Shown here piece by piece: positions 1 to 14,265 of a stretch of 64,000 nucleotides of DNA; position 1 is the first letter of the stretch, and each line of letters starts with the position of its first letter. The translations under genes and the position numbers were made by a program. The notes under the pieces were generated by a model. That model had not been told where the DNA came from, made no database searches, and saw only the letters and a list, made by a program, of their open reading frames with translations. This DNA comes from Octopus vulgaris (Eukaryota). The stretch covers positions 37,820,001-37,884,000 of the forward strand of contig OX597824.1 of the NCBI GenBank assembly GCA_951406725.2, given 5' to 3'.

Positions 1-499
1 AATTTAATTAGAACAGCGACTATTGAAGTCTATCGATTTACTCAATAAAAACTTTAATGTGTGTGTGTGTGCGTGTGCATGTGTGTATACACGTCCGTGT
101 GTGTGTGATGTGTATGTGTGTGTATGTGTGTATGTATGTATGAATAAATACGCAAATACGTGACATGGCGTTCACATTTTCCATATCTCAGTTGCCTTGC
201 GTAGAAATGAGCAAGTGAACATATTGGCACGTTTGTGTGTGTGTGTGTGTGTGTATGTGTATATGCGTGTGGATGTAGTTGTGCAAATGTATGTGAATGC
301 TTACGTGCGACGGTGTGTATGTAAATGTTTATGTGTGTGATTAGTGAAAAAACGATAATGCTATAAATAATGAAGAGACGATAATAAATTTATTCGTTAA
401 TGTAGAGCTGAAAGGGATGATAAATAGTAAAGCAAGCACATCAAATTGTCATTTGTGCAGACACATTTTCAAACACACACACACACACACACACACACA

Positions 500-678
<179 letters not shown>

Positions 679-689
679 TTGATAGTTAT

Positions 690-1620
690 CGCCAAGCTAA
701 CATGGCAGTCCAGAAAAATAGGATGAATGCCAGCACGAGGCCAGCACGAACCTGTGTCCATTATAACCTTCGAACAGTGGAGGTCAGCCGCTTTCCCTTG
801 CTGATCTGGTATCTACAGACTAGTTTCAGGGTATTTGCCCCTTATCAATGTAGAGTAGCCGAACCCAGCTGGCGTCGCTACTGACCGTCTGTTCTACATG
901 GTAGAAGTGCATGTAAAGCAATCAGTGAAATAATAGGGACGATGATGGGTGCCTGTGAGGATGGTGGTGTTGGTGAGGTATGAGCAAGTGCGGCAACGTG
1001 GGTGAGAGCAAGGGAACGAGCCAGGTTGAGAGGTGGGGTTGGGGAAGAAACTGTGGACCAGGAGGACATGTAGGTCGTGGAATCGTTTGAAGGAAGGGTG
1101 GAGTAAGTTGGGGAAGATGTGCAAAGTGGAGGGGTCGGACTGGAGTCGCCAGAAAGCTCGGAAAATTGAGAGGCAGGGTGGAGGGGTGGTAGGTGAGGGG
1201 AACTGGATACGGTAACGGCGAGGCGGGTGCGGGAAGAGAGGGCAGATGCACGATCGACAGAACATGCTCTGGCTAGTGGGTATGGGTAGTAGTGAGGGGA
1301 TATCCACGAAGGATGAAGTGGCGAGCCATGAGTTGAGACTGAGTCTCAAAGTCATGATTGTCACTGCAGATCCTGTGCAGACGGAGGAACTGGGCGTAGG
1401 AGATAGAGAGCTAGGTGTGGGTAGGGTGGGAGGAGGAGAAGTTGAGGTATGAGTGTGAGTCGGTGTGTTTGTAGCAGAGGGGAGTGATGAGAGTGGAGTG
1501 GTGTATGTTGACCGAAATATCGAGAAAGGCGACGGAAGTGTTGGAAATGGTGCAGGCGAATTCGAGGGCAGGATGGAAGGATTGAGCAAAAGGGGAGAAG
1601 GAGTCTAGTTGTTCACGCAC
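690..1620 (-). mobile_element. Penelope-like retroelement remnant (RT thumb plus Cys-rich linker, Neptune-like) with 3' pLTR
   Basis: Frameshifted minus-strand peptides FAQSFHPALEF..VAFLDISV..YKHTDSHSYLNFSSSHP and PGSFPCSHPRCRTCSY are typical of Penelope RT C-terminus and linker; a hammerhead lies downstream. Confidence 0.85.
812..854 (-). ncRNA. Minimal type I hammerhead ribozyme, U3-A8 core variant
   Basis: Minus strand reads TCTACA-TTGATAA-GGGG caaata CCCT-GAAACTAGTC^-TGTAGA: 6-bp helix I, 4-bp helix II, palindromic ACTAGT helix III, GUC site. Confidence 0.85.
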
Positions 1621-1775
1621 CGATACAGTCATCAATATAACGACCGTATAGTTCGGGAGTAGAACCAGTGAATCTTGAAAATATTTAGGCCTCAACGTAG
1701 CCAACAAACAGGTTTGCATAGTTGGGGCCCATTCTCGTTCCCATGGTCACTCCCCAGAGTTGTTGGTAAGACTCC

Positions 1776-1833
<58 letters not shown>

Positions 1834-1836
<3 letters not shown>

Positions 1837-2019
1837 TGCAGGCGTGACTGTTCGGTAAGATGCTTGCTTCTCAACCACGTGGTTCCGGATTCAATTCTGT
1901 TGTGTAGCACATTGCCCAAGCGTTTTCTACCACATCCTCGGGCCGATCAAAGCCTTGTGAATGGATTTGATAGGCGGAAACTGAAAGAAGCCCTTCGTAT
2001 ACATACATACAAGTATACA

Positions 2020-2090
<71 letters not shown>

Positions 2091-2315
2091 GTGTGTGGCT
2101 TTGTGTCTGTTTTTGCCCCGCTCCTCATAAGCCTTTTGATAACCGGTGTTGGTGTGTTTACGTCCTCGTAACTTAGCTGTTCGGAAAAGGTAAAGCGATA
2201 GAATAAATACCACGCTTAGAAAGTAATAAGTACTTGGGTCTATTCGTTCCACTAAAATTCTTTGAGGCGGTGCCCCGGTATGACAGGAGTCTCATGTGTG
2301 AAGCAACCGAAAGAT
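1834..2315 (+). mobile_element. tRNA-derived SINE family A (internal TA/TG microsatellite)
   Basis: Homologous to copies at 7310, 13920, 19570 and 46563; shared blocks AAAGCCTTGTGAATGGATTTG and GTAACTTAGC. Confidence 0.85.
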
Positions 2316-2352
2316 GGATGACGTGTGTGTATGTGTACAATACGTATGTATG

Positions 2353-2383
<31 letters not shown>

Positions 2384-2387
2384 TTCT

Positions 2388-2620
2388 TAATACTAAAGGC
2401 ACAAGGCCCGAAATTTAGGTGGCGGGGCTAGTCGATTTTATCCATCTCAGCACGCTACAGGTACTTATTTCATCGACCCCGAAAGATTGAAAGGCAAAGA
2501 CAGCCTCAGCGAATTTGAACTCAGAAAGTATAGACGGACGAAATGCCGCTAAGCCACCATACTCAACTCGGGCTAAGCATTTCGCACGGTATGCTAACGA
2601 TTCTACCAGCTGGCTGCCTT
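2388..2620 (-). mobile_element. tRNA-derived SINE family B (Meta-domain-like)
   Basis: B box GAGTTCAAATTC and CCTTTCA.TCTTTCGGGGTCGAT core, shared with more than ten copies in the window. Confidence 0.85.
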
Positions 2621-2699
2621 AATATATCTTTGTATATAATGCACATACAAAGGATTCTTCGAAAGTAATGCAAAAGCAGATATAACTCTTTCCCCATTA

Positions 2700-3990
2700 G
2701 CTGACACAGGCCGAATTGTTGGTCGAGTAATATTTCCTCTAAACAAATATTTTAATCGACATAGTCCCCATCACAAAACGAAGATAAGATATATTACAAC
2801 CCTTCTAGTAATAATATGTATCATAAAAATTGACCCAAGAATAAACCTAGGAAAATAATTTGGTTCACCGCTCCACCCATAAATGTTAAATCTGACATAG
2901 GTAAGAGATTCTTGTGTTTCTTAGATAAGCATTTCCCAGAAAATCACCGTTATATTATCATATAGCTACTGTCACAATATGAAGAGCAACATTACCCGAA
3001 AATACCACCAAGCGCCCAGTTGCATTTCTAACTGTTGAGACTCTCGAAACTCTGGAGCTTGCTCACTTGACCTGGCGTACACATTAAACTCCGTCGTACA
3101 TGAGGCAGAAGTAACAGCAACGTTATGTGATAACCTAATCAAAAAGAAGAATTACATCGGGTTATGTGAAGGCGACTTCAAGAAACGTTATGCTAACCGT
3201 CTGTCTTTCTGGCACATGAACGAAAGTAAAACCACACAAGTTGGCTAGCCATGTATTGGTCTTGAAAACCAATACATACACTCACGCCAGATACACTCAA
3301 GTGGAAAATCGTAGAAAAATTCATGTCATAGGTTAATGGATAAAAAGAAATGCAAGTAATGCGTAACTGAAAGATCACATATCTTTTTTAGTCTAAGATT
3401 TCCACCGCACTGCTGAATTCCAGATCAGAAATTTTCAGCAAATGCTTAACATAAGGACAAGTTTCTTTCGGAGAATTGGAGAATACCACCCTATCCGGAC
3501 TGAGCAGCTGTATCGCAAGCTTTAGACCACCTCCGTTGATTCTACAACAACTAGCTTTGTGGCTTTACGGTCAAACGAGACAACTCTAATTCTTCTTTTT
3601 TTTCCCCTCGTTCCTTTCACCCTTCAAATGTCTGCATCCACCGTCTCGTCCTTTTCATGATTTTTCTCGTTCTATTGACCCGATTTGTAACTTGTATAGG
3701 CCATATGCTCAGAGCTTGAGATTGCTTGGACATACTAGGCATGTTATTAAAACCTGTTGTTAAAACCTATCTCCATTGTATGAAACTATTAGTAGCTTTT
3801 AACTGCATACTGTGTACATTAAACAATGTATATATAATTGTATAATTGGTGTCTCGAAAGAGATTATATGTGTCAATGTATTATAAGTACTCACGACTTC
3901 AATATTCTCATTAATAGCAATCTTCAAATAAAAGTTTACACACTTTAATGGTGCTTAGTAAAGAATAGGATTGGTATTGTTTGTTGCACA
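2700..3990 (+). mobile_element. Decayed Penelope-like element (linker plus GIY-YIG endonuclease, 3' UTR)
   Basis: Broken frames give IGKRFL.FLDKHFPENHRY and YIGLCEGDFKKRYAN, homologous to ORF 55275..55739. Confidence 0.8.
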
Positions 3991-4706
3991 AAAATATGGA
4001 GACACAGCAACTACACACACACACATACACACTCACAACCGCATAGATATATATATATATAGATACATACGTATAGGGATACATGCATACATAGATGCAC
4101 TTTTGCCAACTCTAATGGGATTATTTTTATAAACAATTCTGTACACGTGCGCGTGTGTGTGCGTGCGTAAATATGCATGTATGCATGTGTATATGAATAA
4201 TGTATAACTGATTTATAAATGCATGCAGATATGTGTGTGTATTTAGTGACCTCAGTTCTATGCAACACAGCGACAATAGACCATTAAAGATGTTTTTCCA
4301 GAATAAATACCACGACAGTAATACTAGTAATGAGGTAAATGTTTTCCTCGTTTATATTCTTGGTGAATGATTGATTGGCATCTATTATCGTGATTATTTC
4401 TCTTGAAATTCTAGTTTTATTTCTTGCTCTTTGTTTTCAAACATTTTCTATAATGATAGAGTTTTGTTGCTACATTGTAACAGCTACTGTCTGGTGATGA
4501 TTATTTCGTCGTGGCCAGACACAAAAGCACACTATTGAACTTTGTTTGCACGATGAGATATCACATATTTCAGTGCTCCTCAAACTGGAAAATGCCGTCT
4601 CCCACCAAAACTATTCTGAATTTTGAGAAGTTATGTAAAAAAAAAAAAATTAATCAAGCATGATATTTCGCTTGTCCCCTTTTCAATCCTCATAGCTACA
4701 CATCAG

Positions 4707-5012
4707 TGTGACTCCTTTCCCCATAAAGAATATGGTTTAGCCCAGTATTCCTCAACCGTTTTTACCTATGGGCTCCTTTGATTCCTATCTTACTCGGATA
4801 GACCCTCCTAACCATTCGATGTTTTTAAAAATCCTATAATATTTTTATAATTCAAAATTGTGACACATTTCCCCATAAGGAATATGGTTTAGCCCAGTGT
4901 TCCTCAACCGTTTTTTACCTATGGGCTCCTTTGATTCCTATTTTACTCGGATAGATCCTCCTAACCATTTGATATTTCAAAAAATTCAATAATATTTTTA
5001 TAATTCAAAATT
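4707..5012. repeat. Tandem duplication, two ~152-bp units, each with a hAT-like terminus CAGT(G/A)TTCCTCAACC
   Basis: Units start at 4707 and 4859 and are highly similar. Confidence 0.85.
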
Positions 5013-6304
5013 CTTAGGAATTGCATAAAAAATTGTTAAAATATTTTGTGCAATGTAGATGTATAACCAATTTATTGCTGATAAATTTGAACCTAGCCTA
5101 AACAGTTATTACAGTTATTTATTTTTTTTTGTTCTTTATGTTACGTTCAACAGAAACCTGATATTATGTTTGATATTTCCGTAGATCACTTTATGTAAGA
5201 TGTTTTTTTTTTCATTTGTTTTACATTGTAGGAACACATTTTTGTGATGAGGAATTTTCTATATGAAGTTTGTTGTTTTAGAGTAAGTGGGAGAATTTTG
5301 CTTTCATTCAAACCGGATAATTTTCTTTTAAATCAGCTACAGACAACAATGAAAAGAATGGTTTACTTTAGTTTCAATTAAACTACAAATTCATTCGTTA
5401 TATTCACCGCCTTCAGATTTCTTTACTCTATACTTTTGAAGTTTGAGAAGTGAAGTTTATATTGCACAAAAAAAAAATGAAATTTATATATATTCTTAAT
5501 CAAATGCTAAAATAATGTGTATAGGTTTTGGGTGTATACCAAAGGAAAACATATAAGTATATTTTTTTATTCGTTACCAAAGTGATTGGGTTTTGAAATT
5601 TAGAAAATTGTTTTCGGTAAAGCATTGGGTTGAAAAGTGATAAAGCAACAGATTCAACCACTAAGTAGAAGTTCTTTTCCAAATTCTTCCTGAGTTTAGA
5701 TTTCCCTGGTTCAGACTGAAATGAGGCAAAATAACAAGTTAGAATCAAACCTGTGAAAATGTTATCCTCTTCTCGCTGTGGATGCAAATGTTTGAACTCA
5801 ATAAGTCTGAGATGTTTTTGATTAGGCGAGACTCCGGACTTTCCTCGAGTGCTGGAATTTGGTTCTTTATTTCGTAAAGCAGGGTTGAAGTTGACATCTG
5901 TTGTTTTTTGCACAAAGATGTTGTTCCAAATGAGGTCATTTCAAATTAGGAGCTGCGTGTTATATGTGAGTGAGTGTGTGCGTGTGTGTATAAATCAAGT
6001 TTATTTTTTAACATAGGAGGTAAATATTTCTGGTATATATTTATATATATGAAAGTAAAAATACAAAATTATTTTCTCATATAACAAATGTATTCATAAA
6101 ACAGTTTTACTGGGAAAAATATTAGTTAATTTTATCACAAGGTGAGTATTTCTACAAAAAGAGAGAGGAAGAGGTAGATCCACATATTACTGAAAAGTTT
6201 TCGTATCGGAAAAGTTTTCATATAAGAATTGGTTTCGTACATGAACATATGAATGTGTATGTGTGTTACAAAGTGTATATATAAAATATGATACAAATAT
6301 TTAC

Positions 6305-6534
6305 TATATATATATATATATATATGTATGTATGCATGCATGTATGTATGTATGCATCTATGTATATATGTAGGCATGTAGGTATATATAAATATATATA
6401 TTTATTTATATACATATATATGTATATATAATAATTATATATATATATATACATATATATATAACATATATATATATATATATAATATATATAATATATA
6501 TATAACTATAATATAAATATAAATATAACATACA

Positions 6535-6592
<58 letters not shown>

Positions 6593-6637
6593 CATATATA
6601 TATTATATATAAAAAATATATAAATGTATAATATATG

Positions 6638-6684
<47 letters not shown>

Positions 6685-6712
6685 TATGAATATATGTATA
6701 TATATATAAGTA

Positions 6713-6760
<48 letters not shown>

Positions 6761-6771
6761 ATATATATATA
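6305..6771. repeat. Degenerate (TA)n field
   Basis: Direct observation. Confidence 0.95.
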
Positions 6772-7309
6772 TCAAACACTTTTATTAAAAAATTGATACT
6801 GCTCTTGAGAGAGTATATTACCTGAATATTTTATAGATATAATCGAATTTAAATGTGCTACATCCTACAGTGTTTAAAACAGAAAACTCACTTTCTGAAA
6901 ATATGATTTTTAAATGAGGTATTTTAATAGTTACCGTTTTCCAATGTACACTGCCGATACAATATCGCCTAAGAGAGATGATTAAGAAAGCTTAATTTGT
7001 GTCTGCGTGCGTGCGTGGGTGTATATGTGTGTGTGAGAGAGAGAGCGAGGGGAGGGATTCAGAAAGAGAGAGGGAGAGAAAGAAAGAAAGGGAGAGAGAG
7101 AGAGTTAAACAGAGCTGTGAGAGGCAGACAGACAGAAACGAAGGAGTTTGCTGCTCCATTCTGAGTTTTTCGTTATCACTTGTCTTAAATTTTCCGTTTA
7201 CATTAGGAGGAAACCAGATCCGAATTTTGGAAAACATTTGTTGAGATATGGTGGGATTATTTTAAGGCAAAGAGACCCACATCAACACTTATAGTTAGAG
7301 ATAAAAAAC

Positions 7310-7835
<526 letters not shown>

Positions 7836-8651
7836 ATATATGCACACACTAGTATGTGTAAGCAGACTGTAAATAATTGAAAATTATGGAAAATTACCAA
7901 AAACTTAAGATTTTAATATATTACTCGAGGCACTGATGTTAGTGCACAAGCCGTGCAACCTTCATGTAAACACGGCGAGTAAGCTGGACATTAACTTAAT
8001 TATGTAGTGAACCAAACAATGTCAGTTCATTAAAATTTTTACCCATAGTAAAAGAGCTAATCATTATCTTAATGATTACCATTGTTCAAGACAAGGGAGA
8101 CAATTACCATAATTTCAAATAATTAAAACTATGAATGGAATATCGATTGTGTCTAATATGTAGGGAATGGTGCTAACACCGGGTATGTTTTGGTCTCATT
8201 TGACTTCATAAGCATAATCTTATCATTACTGCAGATCTTTGATGACAAGGAAAATATAGGAGTTTCGTTAATGAATACTGAATGGGATGTGATAATGTCA
8301 AAGAATAGCTATAGAAACACACTACTCACTTTGCAAATAGCTTTTCGTACTGCGGGCATCTTTAAATATCTCCCACCTAAAATATTTTCTTAAAATTATA
8401 ATAGCAATATTCATTCACAAAAATCACATATACTACCCAAACTCATTCTCCTTTGCAAGATATTTCACGTTACTTTAAATTCAAGGTCTGTCTCCTTGGG
8501 CTCCTTCTTGACCGGAGTTAGTCATTAACATAGTGGTTTTTCTTTAATAGGAGTGCAATTTTAATTAATTAAAACTGTTTGTCACACAAAACTAAACGTG
8601 TTAGAATTCACTTTATCAATTGTCTTACATGTAGTAGATATGTCTGGTTAT

Positions 8652-8700
8652 TTCCACCGAGTTTGACGAGTCAATAAACTCGAAACATCGATGTCTGGGA
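8652..8700 (+). pseudogene. Relic type I hammerhead (catalytic core partly deleted)
   Basis: TTCCA-CC-GAGTTT..AAACTC-GAAACATCGATGTC^-TGGGA: helices I and II present, 10-nt palindrome ACATCGATGT, core shortened to CCGA. Confidence 0.55.
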
Positions 8701-9263
8701 TTCCTGATAGATGGCGACACTGAACAAACCGGGTGTTTTCACACCTCTTCCCATAAGAGGGTTATTTTCTCTGCAGTAACTACAGTATATTTGCCTTTTA
8801 GCAATTGAAATATATCCCAAACATATTTTAACTGACCTAAATTTTGCTTATTCCTAAACAATGCTTGGCACTCACATTTTGTTAATACATGACGCTGTAT
8901 TTATTTACATATTCGTCTCTGTGTTGCCTGTTGAATTTTTTTGGTTCTTTTGCCTTCCATCACATACCCTTTCACCAATTAAACTCACATACACCCTTTT
9001 CCTTTCACATTGCAGTTCGAACATATTGCTATTCGAACTCTTAGACTGACCTCCATATTCCAGCTGCTCCATGCTATGCTGATCATCAATAAAGTTGTAA
9101 TTAACTTCTAATTCTGAATCTAATCAGATTTTCTTTGTTCCCTTGTTATTTGCACCACACTATATGCATTTTAAATAATCAACTGCATTGGCTAGCTGCT
9201 GCTAAGATACCAGCCTAATGTTTTACACATACACACACTCACACACATGTACATACATATATG

Positions 9264-9337
<74 letters not shown>

Positions 9338-9351
9338 CATATATATACATA

Positions 9352-9382
<31 letters not shown>

Positions 9383-10861
9383 TATACATAATATATATAT
9401 ATTATGTATATATATATGTCTGTGTATGTTTGTGTGTGTGTATGTGTGTGTATGTATGTATGTATGTATTTATGTATGTATGTATATCGAATATTTTCCT
9501 CTTTGCTGCCTATAATAGTCTCCGTTTGTCGTTGTATCCTCTACATCCATCTGACTCCACTTATATCCGTCTTCATAATGTCTAGATTAAATCTTTATTT
9601 TATGCATAACAATGCTAGAACAACTTTACCTAGAATCCATTCTGTGCCATCTTTTACATTTTTTAAACCTGATTTATACAGTCTTATACTAAATTTTCCA
9701 TTCCTATATTGCATAACCATAAAGTAAAACAGCTTTATTGACCAATAGTAAACATAGAGGCTATATTTTTAGAATAAATCGAGAGTTTTAATTTGATGTG
9801 ATGAAGAACTACTACTACGCCACATATAAAAAAAATACTGAAAATCTATAATTTATTTTTAATATACAAAGGATGGTTGAATCGTAAGCGCATCGGATAA
9901 AAATGTTTTGCCGTACTTGTTTCGACTCTTCCTTTTTAAGTTCAAATTCCACCGGGGTTTGCCTTTTATCCTTTCAGAGCTTTTCAAAAATAACCATTTC
10001 CAATAAACCACTAGCTGGAGACCTGTTGTCCTAGGCTTGTCTTATATTGTTTCCAGCTGCCCTTAATTTCTACAAAACACCGGTTGCCAGTCTGTATTAG
10101 TCCCTACTCCTTCCTCGAACAGCATCGGTGGCTTGAAGAGGTAGCTGCTTCGATATCCTCTCACCGCGTTTTACCTGCACTAACAGAAGGGAAACTTCCC
10201 ATTTAGAGATCTTTTTATCTTTGTTATCTACACGGAAGTCAAAGGTAAAGGGTGATGGAGAGACAGAATCGGTGAAGCGCCGAGCAAAATACCTTACAGA
10301 ATTTAATTACATCTCTATAGATTAAATACTTCTGGGAACGTATTTACTCTTTATTCGATCGAAGATCGATAAAATAAGTGTATTACTCTTCGATTTAATC
10401 AACTTTACCTTTCCTTGGAAATGAGTAGATTTTTGCCAATATTTGATATGAAAACATGATTATAAGTAGATTGACCTTTAGATGCAACTTGGGCCGATAT
10501 AACAGAGCTGCTGGAGATGAAATTTTTATCAAAGTGTTTAGTTTCGTCCCTTTAGTTTGCAAGTTTAAATCGTGTCTTGATAATGCCAATAAAATAAATT
10601 CATTTCATATTCTGTAAAACAATCATTTAAAACCGCACAAAAGGTGGTCCTTCATCTCATCCGATAAAATCAATTTATTGTATCTATTGACCATATCAAA
10701 TATTCTGTGTATAAATAATAAGTTTCTCGACACGTAATACATATTATCATAGTAACTACATTGTATACACGTAATTTCATTATGTTATAATAAATATATA
10801 ATATTAAAGCAAATACGTTATATTATGTGCTGTGATACATTAGATTATTATGATAAATATA

Positions 10862-11080
10862 AAAGCGGTGAGCTGGCTGAATCGCTAGCATACCGGACAA
10901 AATGTCTGGCGGCATTTCATCCGGTTTTACGTTCTATGTTCAAACTCCACCAAGGTTGACATTGTCTTTCATCCTTTCAGGGTCGATGAAACAAGTACCT
11001 GTGAAGCACTGGAGTCGATATAATCGACTAAAACATTGTTCCCAAATTTTTCAGGTCTTATGCCTATTACACAAAAGATT
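10862..11080 (+). mobile_element. SINE family B copy
   Basis: Head GCGGTGAGCTGGC, B box GTTCAAACTC, Meta-like core. Confidence 0.8.
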
Positions 11081-11880
11081 ATTACAAAATTTACATTATA
11101 TCATAACGATATGCATGTTATATTATATATACGTAATGCATTATATCATTATGACAAATACATTATACTATCTACAAGTAATGCATTATATTATGATAAA
11201 TATATAATATTATTTGCCGTAATATACAATACTATGTACCGTATGATGAAATTTAAAATTCTTATAATTTCGGTCGACATCAGTTAAATCATTTCCATAT
11301 TCTGTGAGAAACTGGATTAAAAGATGTCGAAGAAAACCAAAATTTGCAATTTCTCCTCACATGCTATCATTAGCTTAGGCTTTCGCACTAAAGAATATTC
11401 ACTGCAAAACCGATATATTTACATACACACAAGAGATTGCGTCAGGCGTTATTTGAAGGAATTTACATTTTAAAAATCGAAATATGCATCCCTTTATGCC
11501 TTGATGAATAACGCAAAATTAAAAGCTTCAAACCAAGTATGATCGTCTTAACTGACAGAAGAACCACTTCCAGAATCTTCTTGGGAAATTTCCAATCATT
11601 ACTGACAAAATTGTTGCGCCTATCATAAATTGCAAATTGAATATCAAAATGGGTAGCTTCACAACAGACTACTGTCAAAAAACAGGAAAGTATTTGAATT
11701 GGTTAACATGCGGGTACTTAATGATCTACTTTAACTCCACCTACAGTAAAAACCCAATTAATAAATGAACTGAATGTTCACTTCCCCTAAAAGAAAGAAA
11801 GCTAACTTATACTATATATAGAATTACTGGGGTGTTACATGAACAATTGTTGTAGCTAAGATCTATAACATAATCATATA

Positions 11881-12303
11881 CAGGGCAGCGCAAGATAAAG
11901 TAGCCCGGGTTCCGTAGCATTTTGTAAATGCAGAGATAAGTTTGCAATTGCCATAGAAGAATTTGAGATCGACGTTTGTATCGTTCCCTTTACCGGAAAC
12001 TTGAATTCAAAAATTCCTGTGCGTTTACTTAAACAGAACCTGTTTTGACAATCTCCAACCTTTTCCATATGGCATCTTTCAGAAAAAGCTAGTGATGTTC
12101 CCTCAATGCAATCTTACAATCAACTAATGAGGTGAGGATGTGGCGAGAATAACGTAGCAAACAATCGACTGGTGTGTCATGTTTGTTCAGCAGTTACAAG
12201 CGGTCGAAATAACACCATGACACTTGAAAACGAAAGACTGGATGTTTTTTCGTGCGTATAAATTTATTTCTGCATTTATACTACTTTTCCGTGCGCCACC
12301 CTG
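11881..12303. mobile_element. Tc1/mariner-type internally deleted element or MITE
   Basis: TA|CAGGGCAGCGCAAGATAAAGTAG ... CTACTTTTCCGTGCGCCACCCTG|TA imperfect TIRs with TA TSD. Confidence 0.8.
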
Positions 12304-12399
12304 TATAATTAAATCTAGCTAGAGCTCTGGAACATTCTTCATAGAAACCAAATCAGGTTCAAAAAGATTCGCTTAGCAGCATAATACAGAAATTTAAAC

Positions 12400-12850
12400 T
12401 CTTAGAGAATATTAACAAAAAGTTCTTCCATGCAGTTACAGAATCAATATTGCTTTGTGGCTCTTCTATCTGAACATTAACTAAAAGGCTTCAAACTATG
12501 CTGGATAGCCTATAGATGCGCATGCGCTATGTCATATTAAATGTGTTCTGGGAATGAAATCGTACCAATGAAAACAATCATACAATAAGCTCGTTAAATA
12601 TCAGGCACGATTAGAGAAAAGTGTTTGTTTAGCGGACACTGCTCGAGAAGTAAGGGTGAGACGGTTACACGCGACTTTGGACACCTCTGCCAGGTCGAAA
12701 TCACGATGGCCCCCTTGCCAAAATATACGTCGATCTGCCAACAGTTGATACTGGATTTCAATGATTAGAACTTCCATTTCCATGGACGACAAAGATGAAT
12801 GGAGAGGCAGAGTTGAGAGAATCGTCAACAAGTTTGACCCTTTAATGATG
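12400..12850 (+). mobile_element. Decayed RTE-clade LINE 3' coding remnant
   Basis: FFHAVTESILLCGSSI*TLTKRLQTMLDSL*MRMRYVILNVFWE resembles the RTE C-terminal region. Confidence 0.7.
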
Positions 12851-13919
12851 TCGCATGTTCTGGCGGTTCAATAAAAATAACTCAATAAAATAAGTGCTGG
12901 ACTAAAGCAAGTGTTGATATCGGTATGACCGAACTAAAACCTTGAAGGCAGACCCACACCACCACTATGAATGCAGTTCAATGATGGAATCCCGTAAATG
13001 GGTGAATCACTGTATTTTAATTAGAAGCAATGCAAATCCGTGCAGCAATATCATTATTTTATTTAGTAGCAACTGGAATATAAAGATATAGAAATGTAGG
13101 GCGTGGTGTAATAGAAAGATAATTACACATTGCAATACTTTAGAACCGCTAGAAATATCGATATCCTCTGATATTTCATACAGTATTGATTTCCTTTGAC
13201 AATGCACGAGGCCAAGTATTTCAGATAGAGGAAATGATTGATTGATTGATCGAAATATATTAATAATCCTTATTTTACTTACACCAAAATCATTTGAACT
13301 CAAAATGAAGAGAAAATAAACTAAATCCTGTAATTTATCCCGATGCTACTATCAATTCGGTGCGTTTACTATATGAAATGGATTGATTTATCTTGACATG
13401 GTAGAAGGCCTAAAATTTAGGGGAGAGAGAGTAAGTTGCTGTGCTGCTTATGTCTTTCCTAAAGACATTAATGGCATTCATAAATTTACACTTGGAGAAA
13501 TAAAATCTGGGTACGTGTTTTACATTAAGATTTTACCTCAGAGGAAGATATTTTTAAGCGAATCAAAAGACTATAATTCTGGACGTTATCAGTTGCCTAC
13601 TTGTCTTTAATTACCTAGAATATTTTGATTCCCTCTCTGTTCCAGTGCAATTATCGTCAAGTCTAAACTAAAATTTTATTCACATCCTATAAAACTATGG
13701 TCTCTACTTTAAAAACTAAGTTATATTTACCAATTTTATTTAGTTTTCAGCTAAGAAGTAAGCAAAGCTGGTTTGCACGATGCAAAGTGTAAAGTCCAAT
13801 CTGTTTCCAAAGCAATATTTTACTAAATATGTTCAACACGTTAGTGTTTATCCTTCCGTTCTTTTCTTTCGGGAACAATATAAAGAAAACTTTTCGATTG
13901 GTGAGTAAATCACCTTTTT

Positions 13920-14265
13920 AGCTTTTACTTGTTTCTGTTATTGAACTATGTCTATGCTGGGGCTCCGCCTTGAAAAGTTTAGTCGAACAATTCGATGCCA
14001 GTACCTATGTCACCAGACTGATGAACTGCTAAGTTACGGGCAACGTAAACAAACCAATACAGGGCATCAAGCGATAGTGTGGGATAAACATAAACACTCA
14101 CACACTCACACACATACACAAACACACATACACACACACACAGGCACACACAAACACACATTTATATACGATAGACTTCTTTCAGTTTCAATCGACCAAA
14201 TACACTAACAAGGCTTTGGCCAGCCTAGAGCTATAGTAGAAAACACTTGCTGAACTGAACCTGGG
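13920..14265 (-). mobile_element. SINE family A copy (diverged)
   Basis: Shared blocks GCTAAGTTACGGG and CAAGGCTTTGG. Confidence 0.8.

Noticed and set aside
3829-3870. Possible hammerhead at the 3' end of the 2700-3990 Penelope (TATATAA..GAAAGAGAT..TTATATG)
   Set aside because: No NYGANNA core and no helix II; the pairing is low-complexity.
4487-4620. Hairpin TGTCTGGTGATGA..CCAGACA with a box C-like motif and a downstream CTGA
   Set aside because: No terminal stem or recognisable guide; insufficient for a snoRNA call.
8630-9159. Possible solo LTR (TGTAGTA..CACCACA, AATAAA)
   Set aside because: Weak terminal match and no TSD.
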